DNA of 63,218 nt, counting the filler, from a bacterium (GTDB taxonomy: Bacteria; JBDRGX01): NCBI GenBank assembly GCA_043817485.1. It is 6 parts of 6 records of this genome, joined end to end, with 100 filler letters (N's around TTAATTAATTAA, not from the genome) between each part and the next. Parts side by side here need not be neighbours in the genome. Positions count along the whole stretch, not along the records: positions 49,513 to 57,479 come from JBDRGX010000042.1; positions 57,580 to 59,917 come from JBDRGX010000045.1; positions 60,018 to 63,218 come from JBDRGX010000059.1; 3 more parts are not named here. One strand, 5' to 3'. The position numbers and the translations under genes are program-made. The notes under the pieces are model-generated. The model did not search any database, was not told the DNA's origin, and saw nothing but the letters and a program-made list of their open reading frames with translations. Below are positions 55,463 through 63,218 of the stretch, piece after piece (position 1 is the stretch's first letter; each line of letters starts with the position of its first letter).

Positions 55463-56110
55463 ATGTATAGAATTAGAGCAAAATTTCAAAAAATAGGTTT
55501 TTTATGTTTTATTTCTCATTTAGATTTAATAAGAACTTATGAAAGAGCCATAAGAAGAGCCAATATTCCTATTCAATATACACAAGGATATAATCCTAAA
55601 GCAAAAATTATTTTTTGCTATCCTTTGCCAACTGGAATTATAAGTTCATCAGAATATGTAGATTTTTTTCTTTGTGAATCTATGGAAATTTCAATTTTTA
55701 CAAATAACTTAAATAAAGAACTTCCAGAGGATCTTAAAATTTTAGAAGCAAAATTAATAAATTTAGAAATTATTGATTTATGCTTTTTTAATCATTTAAA
55801 ATTTAAAATTTCTTTAAAAGAAAATTTAAATTTTAGCCAAAAAATAAATGAATTTTTAGAAAAAGATACATTTGAAATTTTAAAAAATGAGAAAAAAATA
55901 AATATTAAACCTTTTATTTTAGAATTAACTCAATTTAATAATTTTATTTTCGTAACCACAAAAGTAGAAAATGGAACTGCTAAAATAGAAGAAATAATTT
56001 CCGGATTAAAAATTCCTTTTTCAATAATAAAAATAATTGAAAGAATAGAAATATTTGGCATACAAGAAAATAATTTTATTTCTCCATTTTTAGAAAAGAT
56101 AATAAAATGA
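55463..56110 (+). CDS. radical SAM-linked protein (DUF2344-like)
   Basis: FISHLDL, ERAIRRA, YTQGYNP, PLPTG. Confidence 0.85.
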   Translation: MYRIRAKFQKIGFLCFISHLDLIRTYERAIRRANIPIQYTQGYNPKAKIIFCYPLPTGIISSSEYVDFFLCESMEISIFTNNLNKELPEDLKILEAKLINLEIIDLCFFNHLKFKISLKENLNFSQKINEFLEKDTFEILKNEKKINIKPFILELTQFNNFIFVTTKVENGTAKIEEIISGLKIPFSIIKIIERIEIFGIQENNFISPFLEKIIK

Positions 56111-57479
56111 AAGAAATTTTAGTAAATGTAGAATCAAAACAAATACAAATAGCTATATTAGAAAATAAAAGTTTAATAGATTTTTTTATTAAAAAAAATG
56201 ATGAAAATAAACTAATAGGTAGTATTTATAAAGGAAAAGTGACACAAGTTCTTCAAGGAATTCAATCTGCTTTTGTAGATATAGGAGGACAAATAGGATT
56301 TTTATCGTATAAAAATTTTGATAAAGATTTTAATACTTTTTTAAATATTTTCACAGAAGGGGTAGATATATCAGAAAAAAAATCCTTATTGTCTAAATAT
56401 CAAGATTCTTTTTCAAATCAAAATGTTTTAACAAAAGGCCAAGAAATTTTAGTTCAAGTAATCAAAAATCCTATTGGAAATAAATGTGCTAAATTAAATT
56501 CTTATATTTCTTTATCTGGCCAATATATAGTTTTATTACCTAAAATAGATAATATTGCTATTTCAAAACAAATAAAAGATAAAGAAAAAAGAAAAGAATT
56601 GAAAAATATAATTTCAGAAATTAAACCCGAGGGAATAGGAATAATAGCAAGAACAATATCTCAATTTGCTAAAAAAGAAGATTTTTTATTTGAAATAAAT
56701 TTTTTATCAAATTTATGGGAAAGTATTAAAAAAAAATTTGATGAAATAAATGCTCCATATCTTCTTTTATCCAGCGAAAATGATATAATAAATTGTATTA
56801 CAAAAGAAATAATAAAAGACGATTTTAAAAAATTGCTTATAAATTCAGAAAATCTGTATAATCAAGTAGTAAATTATATAAATAAACAATCATTATCTTT
56901 ATTACTTCCTAAAATAAAACTTTTTAAATCAAAAATTCCTTTATTTGATTTTTATGGAATAAATAAAGAAATTAAAAAAGCATTAGAAAAAAAAGTAATG
57001 TTAAAATCTGGTAGTTATCTAATTATTGAACCAACAGAAGCATTATGTTCTATTGATATAAATACTGGCAAATATTTAGGTAAAGAAAATTTAGAAGAAA
57101 CTGCTTTATCTGTTAATATAGAAGCTTGCAAAGAAATTGCTCGACAAATTCGATTAAGAAATGTTGGAGGATTAATTGTAATTGATTTTATTGATATGAA
57201 AAAAGAAGAAAATAAAAAAACATTAATATCTGAATTTAAAAAAGTTTTACAAGAAGATAGAATTAAAACACACATTTTCCCTTCTCAAGAATTAAGCTTA
57301 ATTGCTTTAACTCGAGAAAGAACTTCGAATAGTTTATTACAAGAATTTTCACAAAAATGCCCTTATTGTAAAGGAAAATCTTATATTTTAAAACAAGAAA
57401 AAATTTTTGATAATGTTGTGAAAGAAATAGAAAAAATAACTTTACAAAATAAAGGAAATGAGATTAATATAAAAGCTAA
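56107..57479 (+). CDS. rng: ribonuclease E/G family; 3' truncated by gap
   Basis: GSIYKGKV, SAFVDIG, SIDINTG, RQIRLRNVGGLIVIDFIDM, CPYC. Confidence 0.9.
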
Positions 57480-57831
57480 NNNNNNNNNNNNNNNNNNNNN
57501 NNNNNNNNNNNNNNNNNNNNNNNTTAATTAATTAANNNNNNNNNNNNNNNNNNNNNNNNNNNNNNNNNNNNNNNNNNNNCTTTAGATAGCTAATTCTTCT
57601 TGCGCATTTGGTATTTTAAAGTTTACTATCTTTACTGATTATCAGAAAATTATCAGTTATTGAGGGTTTGTGGTTTATTATTTATTTGTTACTGTCTGAA
57701 TCACAACAAAAAAAAAAAAAAAACTTGCAAAATACAAAAAATACTTTAATATATAATAAAATATGGAGAAAAATAATACTAAATTAATTATTTATTGGTT
57801 TTTAAAAAGTTCAACAAAATAATAGAAAAAA

Positions 57832-58191
57832 ATGGATAAAAATATTTTTGGATATGAATTAGTTATTAATCTTTATGAATGTGATATCGAAATAATTTCT
57901 TCAAAGAAAAAACTTCAAGAATATGTTGATAACCTTTGTGATTTGATTAAAATGGTAAAATATGGTAAGACATTGCTACCCTTCTTTGGTGAAAATGTTG
58001 ATTTTACAAAAGGCTACACTCTAGTTCAGCTAATAGAAACCAGTTCAATAACCGGTCATTTTTCAGAACATTGGAAAACAGCATATATCAATATTTTTTC
58101 CTGCAAAGAATATGATCATATGGCAGCCCGAAAATTTACCCGTGATTTTTTTAAAGCTAAAAGAATAAAGACAAAATACCTCATACGCTAA
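57832..58191 (+). CDS. S-adenosylmethionine decarboxylase-like proenzyme
   Basis: LVQLIETSSITGHF, YINIFSCK. Confidence 0.8.
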   Translation: MDKNIFGYELVINLYECDIEIISSKKKLQEYVDNLCDLIKMVKYGKTLLPFFGENVDFTKGYTLVQLIETSSITGHFSEHWKTAYINIFSCKEYDHMAARKFTRDFFKAKRIKTKYLIR

Positions 58192-58269
58192 TACCTATTA
58201 TAATAATGATTCTTGGACAAGTTATCGGCATGATATACATGTTGCGATAGAAATTGTTTTAATCAATGA

Positions 58270-58425
58270 GACTTAGATTTTTCGGAGAAAAATCTGTAGT
58301 CAAATTGATCCTGAGCGAGTAAAACGAGTCGAAGGATCTTGGGTTTAATTCCCCGCAGTTTACTGCGGAAAAGTTATTTAGGGGAAACCTTCGATACCCC
58401 GTAGCTTGCTGCGGGGTAGTTGATT
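58270..58425. repeat. cluster of REP-like hairpins between convergent genes
   Basis: AGATTTTTC-GGA-GAAAAATCT; GATCCTGAGCGAG...GAAGGATC; CCGCAG-TTTA-CTGCGG; TACCCCGTAGCTTGCTGCGGGGTA. Confidence 0.7.
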
Positions 58426-58479
58426 GCGAAATTTTATTTAAAAGTGGTTAAAACTCATTAATTAGGAAAAGCAGCGCTT

Positions 58480-59754
58480 TTACTGTACAACAGACTTAAT
58501 AAAATTATTTATTTCTTGATACCTTATTGAAGGATGATTCCCTAATTGTATTCTTTCTATTTCGTCCATATACATACCAAGGGCTATTATTTCATTTTCA
58601 TTCTTGCTTTGTTTTTTAATGCTTTCTATGGTTTTTAACGCGGTCTTAGCCGCGGATATTAAATCTTTTTCTTTTTTATCTTTGTGTATACGTAAAATTT
58701 CTCTTAACAATTCAAATCCTTCAACGGAAAATATAGCATCTATTTTAGGCTGTTTTTGCGCTACTGTTTTAAGAATTATTATTTCATTTTTAAACTCATC
58801 TATTTCTTTTAAAAGTCCCGTACATATAGAGGAAGTAATCTTTTCATAATCAATATCATCTTTTATTTTTAGATCTATCCCCCGCTTATTTGCTAAATTT
58901 ATATAAAACTTTTTAAAATTTTCAATAAGTGTTTTTTTCCTTAGCTTTAATAAAGGAAGCTGAAAATTTTTCTTTTTTATTCTATCAAAATAGTCTAAAG
59001 AACAATTTTTTATTTTTGATATATTGTCAAACAAAACAATTTTTTCAAAAATATCGTCAGGGAAATTGGATATATAGTCAATAAACTCTAAATTTTTTAT
59101 TAAATCTAAATTCATATTTTCTGAAATATAATTTTTCCACATATGAACATAATATCTATTACAAGATTTAGAGTTTTTATTACATGTCCAATATTGGGTC
59201 AATTCTGTTCCATTTTTACGTCCGAGAGAAGATTTGTTATCGACACGAATTATTTTATTAGGTATATTATCTTTATCCACTGATATTATCAAAAAATGAT
59301 CATATTTAGCATCATAATTTTCAAAAAGCCAATCAATAGCATGAGCTTTAAGAATATAGTTCAGTGCTTCTTGCGAAATTTCATATGTATGACGTTTAGT
59401 CAATACTCCTTTACTCGGTAAAAATTTTTGGATACTCCCTTTTATTTTTTTATTATTAATTGTTAAAACAATGGGATAAATTGGTGCAGTATCTATTCCG
59501 AAAAGTTTATATATTCTACGAATCGCGACAGTTCGAAAAGTATAAAAATCGTAGTCGATAAGATCAATAGCATTTGGTATATTTTTATAGACATCAAAAG
59601 GTTTAAATATCCATTTTTGACCAAAATTGTCTTGCAAGGTAAGTTTTTGGCTAGTTCCGCCTTTCAATATTTGTGTTGAGGAAATATCGAAAGATCTCAT
59701 TTGAAAAGTTTTATTATCTAAACTTAACCATTCATGATATATTTCAATTAGCAA
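58480..59754 (-). CDS. hypothetical protein, possible HipA/PI3-4-kinase-like fold
   Basis: WIFKP, GSIQKF, DWLFENYD, IIRVDN resemble atypical kinase motifs. Confidence 0.5.
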   Translation of the reverse strand: MLIEIYHEWLSLDNKTFQMRSFDISSTQILKGGTSQKLTLQDNFGQKWIFKPFDVYKNIPNAIDLIDYDFYTFRTVAIRRIYKLFGIDTAPIYPIVLTINNKKIKGSIQKFLPSKGVLTKRHTYEISQEALNYILKAHAIDWLFENYDAKYDHFLIISVDKDNIPNKIIRVDNKSSLGRKNGTELTQYWTCNKNSKSCNRYYVHMWKNYISENMNLDLIKNLEFIDYISNFPDDIFEKIVLFDNISKIKNCSLDYFDRIKKKNFQLPLLKLRKKTLIENFKKFYINLANKRGIDLKIKDDIDYEKITSSICTGLLKEIDEFKNEIIILKTVAQKQPKIDAIFSVEGFELLREILRIHKDKKEKDLISAAKTALKTIESIKKQSKNENEIIALGMYMDEIERIQLGNHPSIRYQEINNFIKSVVQ

Positions 59755-60017
59755 AGCGTACTTATCATCTTCATTAGTTCAGATCTCACCAAATAGACCT
59801 ATTTTACCATTTTCCAATCGCAAATAATTTGCTCGTTTTTTTGCCAAGCTTGAAGCAAATTTTTCTTTTAGGTCCGTAAGGCATCATCGGATTTCTCCGG
59901 TTAATCCCTTCAAGAATNNNNNNNNNNNNNNNNNNNNNNNNNNNNNNNNNNNNNNNNNNNNTTAATTAATTAANNNNNNNNNNNNNNNNNNNNNNNNNNN
60001 NNNNNNNNNNNNNNNNN

Positions 60018-60875
60018 GATAATTTAAATAACTATTATTCACCACAAATTAAAAAAAATAATTTAAAACCACTATTAAAAAATAAAAATTTTTATTTTTT
60101 AAAAAAAGATTTAATAAAAACAGATTTAGATTTTCTTTTAAAAAATGTAACTTATATTTTACATATGTCTGCGTATCCTGGAGTAAGAAAAAGTTGGGGA
60201 GATAATTTTAAAGTTTATTTACAAAATAACATATTAGTAACTCAATTACTTTTAGAAAAAATAAAAGAAAATAAAAATATTAAAAAATTTATTTTTGCAT
60301 CTTCATCTTCTATTTATGGAAATACAAATGTTTTTCCTACAAATGAAAATATTCCTTTAAATCCAATTTCACCTTATGGTGTAAGTAAATTAGCTGCTGA
60401 AAAATTATGTAATGCGTATTATAAAAATTATGATATTCCTTTAATTGTTTTTCGTTATTTTACAGTTTATGGACCAGGACAAAGACCAGATATGGCTTTT
60501 CATCGTTTTATTAAAGAAATTTTAAATAATAAAGAAATAATTATTTTTGGAAATGGAAAACAAATACGAGATTTTACTTTTATAGAAAATATAGTTAATG
60601 CAAATATAAAAGCAATACAAAGCAAAATAAAAGGAGAAGTTTTTAATATCGGTAGTGGAGAAAAAATAAGTGTAAATAATGTTATAAAAATTTTGGAAAA
60701 AATTACACAAAAAAAAGCAAAAGTAAAATATATAGAAAAACAAAAAGGAGATGTTGAAAATACTTTTGCAGATATTACACATGCAAAAAAATTATTAAAC
60801 TATTCTCCTGTAAGTAATTTATATGAAGGATTATATCAAGAATATGAATGGATAAAAAATGAATTTATTAAATGA
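60018..60875 (+). CDS. NAD-dependent nucleotide-sugar epimerase/dehydratase; 5' truncated by gap
   Basis: DNLNNYY, ASSSSIYG, PYGVSK, RYFTVYGPGQRPDMA, RDFTF. Confidence 0.9.
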   Translation, partial: DNLNNYYSPQIKKNNLKPLLKNKNFYFLKKDLIKTDLDFLLKNVTYILHMSAYPGVRKSWGDNFKVYLQNNILVTQLLLEKIKENKNIKKFIFASSSSIYGNTNVFPTNENIPLNPISPYGVSKLAAEKLCNAYYKNYDIPLIVFRYFTVYGPGQRPDMAFHRFIKEILNNKEIIIFGNGKQIRDFTFIENIVNANIKAIQSKIKGEVFNIGSGEKISVNNVIKILEKITQKKAKVKYIEKQKGDVENTFADITHAKKLLNYSPVSNLYEGLYQEYEWIKNEFIK

Positions 60876-61428
60876 ATTTCGCAGAAAATTTATTCATTTC
60901 TTAACAATTTTTATTCCTATTTTTTATTGCACAGAAACATCTTCAAAAAGAATTTTAATTTTACTTTTATTTATTCTTTTTTTTGTTTTTTTATTTGAAT
61001 TTATTAGATTTAAAAACTTACATTTGAATATAAAAATATTAAAAATATTTAATGGATTAACAAGAAAAGAAGAAAGAATAAGTCTTGCCGGCTCAACATA
61101 TCTTTTATTATCAAGCATTTTAACTATTATTTTTTATGAAAAAATAATTGCTATTACAAGTCTACTTTTTGTAATTATAGGAGATTATTCTGCAGCTTTA
61201 ATTGGCAAAACCTTTGGTAAAAATAATCTTTTTAAAAAAACTTTTGAAGGTGCTTTGGCTTGTTTTATTATGTGTTTTATAATAGGAATTTTCTTTTTCA
61301 ATTTCAAAATAGCTCTTATAAGTAGCTTTTTTGCAACTTTAATAGAAGTATTACCTTTACCAATAAATGATAACTTAATTATGCCTTTATTGACGGGATT
61401 AATAATAAAAATTTGTATGATTTTTTAA
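60859..61428 (+). CDS. CTP-dependent isoprenol/diacylglycerol kinase (SEC59/DGK1-like)
   Basis: RKFIH, GDYSAALIG, KTFEG, INDNL. Confidence 0.8.
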   Translation: MNLLNEFRRKFIHFLTIFIPIFYCTETSSKRILILLLFILFFVFLFEFIRFKNLHLNIKILKIFNGLTRKEERISLAGSTYLLLSSILTIIFYEKIIAITSLLFVIIGDYSAALIGKTFGKNNLFKKTFEGALACFIMCFIIGIFFFNFKIALISSFFATLIEVLPLPINDNLIMPLLTGLIIKICMIF

Positions 61429-61462
61429 AATCATTAATATTCTATGTTAATATTTTCAAAGT

Positions 61463-61735
61463 CTATAAGCAATTTGTTGTTGGAATTTTTTTGCAGTAAT
61501 TTATTTCTATGGTTATATGAGCCAATTCATCAATCCCTTTTAATTTATTCTTATAAGCAATTATTGAGCAGGGGTCTTTTGCAACAATGCTTAAAATGCA
61601 AGCATATTTATTTTGTGCAACCCTCCAAAAATGTAAATCGCTAATTTTACTATCACCATCAGATTCTATTATTCCTGTTATTTCTTTAATAATAGGAGAA
61701 TCCATTTCTTTATCTAATAAGATATCAGAGGTATC
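61463..61735 (-). pseudogene. C-terminal remnant of a DmeF-like CDF transporter
   Basis: ILLD, ISDLHFWRV, LAHITIEIN; N-terminus missing at the IS boundary. Confidence 0.7.
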
Positions 61736-61739
61736 TTAT

Positions 61740-63028
61740 TGTGCTATCTTCAAGTGATGGTTACAATGTAAGAGAAAAAGAGTAAAAAGAAAAATAAAGA
61801 AATTGTAGATATTTTTTTTGACTTTAGCCAGAATCTTCTATAAAAAAAATTAAAAGGAGGAACTGGCAATGAACGAAAAAGAATTTATTTATAATATGAA
61901 AATAAAAATATTTGAAGAAGCGGATAAAAAAGAGATTTCAATAACTTTTCTTTGTAAAAGGCTTTATGTAAGTAGGAAATGGTTTTATAAGTGGAAAAGA
62001 AGGAGAGATAAAAATGGAGATGAGGGATTAAAAACGAAAACAAGAGCAAAGCCCAAAATGCCAAATAAAGTACCAAAAGGATTTGAAGAGAAAATAATGG
62101 AATTTATTCAAAAATTATCCTATCTAATGTCTGTCAAGAATAGAAGTAGATCTCACAAAAAAAGTTGTTGGACATACAGGAATTTATAATGTTTTATGAA
62201 GTAAAGAATTAAATACAGCAAAAAGTAGATTAGAATTAATAAGGAAATTAAATGGTGAAATTGTAACTCTTGATGAGCTGCAAAGAGCCATCAAAAATTA
62301 ACCATATAAAAGCAATTTATTTTGAATAGTTAGAAGCAAAGATACCTTTTATATTGGTTGTTTAAAGGGAATAGGTAGAATTTACCATCAAATTGCTTGT
62401 GATTGTTTTTCTTCTTTTGGTAGTGCGAAAATTTATGCTAATAAAACAGTGGCTACTTCTTGTGATTTTGTAAAGAATCATCTTATTAAAAGATTTGCAG
62501 GAGTGGGGATAAAAAGACTTCTTACGGATTGCGGAACAGAATATACAACTTGGCATGAGCATGCAAAGCCAATGCATAAATTTAAAAAGATGTGTGAGAG
62601 TATGGGAATTCGACATACTACAACTAAAGTAAGGCATCCATGGACTAATGGTTATGTGGAGCGGCTAAACAAAACTATTTTAGATGAATTTTATTCATTG
62701 GCTTTTAGAAAAAAAAGATATAAAAGCATAGAAAATCTTCAAGTTGATTTAGATAAATTTATGGAGAATTATAACTATAGAAGAACACATCAGGGATACA
62801 AACTAAAAGAAAATGGTTATAGCACACCAGCAGAAGCACATTTATCAAGAAATTTAAAAAAAGATTTGACAAAGGAGGTGAAAAGCAGTAAAATAAAAAC
62901 AGATATTATGAAAAAGAAAAAGGAGGTAATAGAAGAATTAATTTCAGAAAATAACTTTATGCAAAAAAGGCAAACAAAAAAAAAGGTTTTGGTATATCAA
63001 TTTGTAACCACATCTTGAAGCCATGACA
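61740..63028 (+). mobile_element. IS481-family element with a disrupted transposase (61869-63018)
   Basis: TGT...ACA ends with imperfect TIR (CTTCAAG...TGGTTACAA); HTH fragment, LLTDCGTEY, PWTNGYVERLNKT, YNYRRTHQG; frameshifts and stops between fragments. Confidence 0.85.
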
Positions 63029-63065
63029 TATTGAAGTATCGAAATTAATATTGTAAAGGAGCATT

Positions 63066-63218
63066 ATGAAAAATATCAAGAAAGTCGCATTCATCGGCAA
63101 TTACCTTCCCCGTCAATGCGGAATAGCTACTTTCACAACGGATCTTTGTGAGTCTTTCGCGGCAATGAATCCCGGTGTCCAATGTTTTGCGATTCCCATA
63201 ACCGACATTGAAGAGGGT
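63066..63218 (+). CDS. GT4 glycosyltransferase N-terminus; runs off the window
   Basis: AAGGAG RBS; MKNIKKVAFIGNYLPRQCGIATFTTDL. Confidence 0.8.
   Translation, partial: MKNIKKVAFIGNYLPRQCGIATFTTDLCESFAAMNPGVQCFAIPITDIEEG

Noticed and set aside
59755-59917. Upstream extension of the kinase-like ORF through two in-frame TGA codons
   Set aside because: Too short, at a contig end, and no motif supports recoding

Overview
Very AT-rich bacterial DNA, probably from an anaerobic diderm (taxon not assignable from sequence alone). It is six contigs joined by five artificial 100-bp N/TTAATTAATTAA linkers, so adjacency across linkers is not evidence. Housekeeping content: PfkB kinase, mtlD-like and HPS-RraA fusion; aroE/aroK; porB; V/A-ATPase subunits G/H and I; pilMNOPQ; tmk; moeA; rnfCDGEAB; uppP; cysK; a bioD-bioA fusion; infC-rpmI-rplT; gcvPA/PB; folC; cobS; thpR; rnhB; dxs; RNase E/G; and two tRNAs. 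Accessory content: a type II R-M pair inserted inside the ATPase operon, a PIN toxin pair, a PD-(D/E)XK protein, a decayed IS481 and two broken CDF transporters. The most interesting signals: (1) a twice-repeated 119-bp TIR-bounded element carrying two NrdR-box-like palindromes 31 bp apart; (2) a ~128-bp ERIC-like hairpin element abutting the RBS of (3) a large secreted protein with a T9SS-like C-terminal domain paired with a PorV/PorP-like barrel, right after pilQ; (4) a small gene inserted between infC and rpmI, flanked by a 25-bp duplication of the rpmI RBS/start; (5) an intact but motif-degenerate galactokinase-like ORF; and (6) several REP-like dispersed repeat families. Several genes carry single stops or indels, which may be assembly errors. 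All family assignments are from motif recognition, not database searches.
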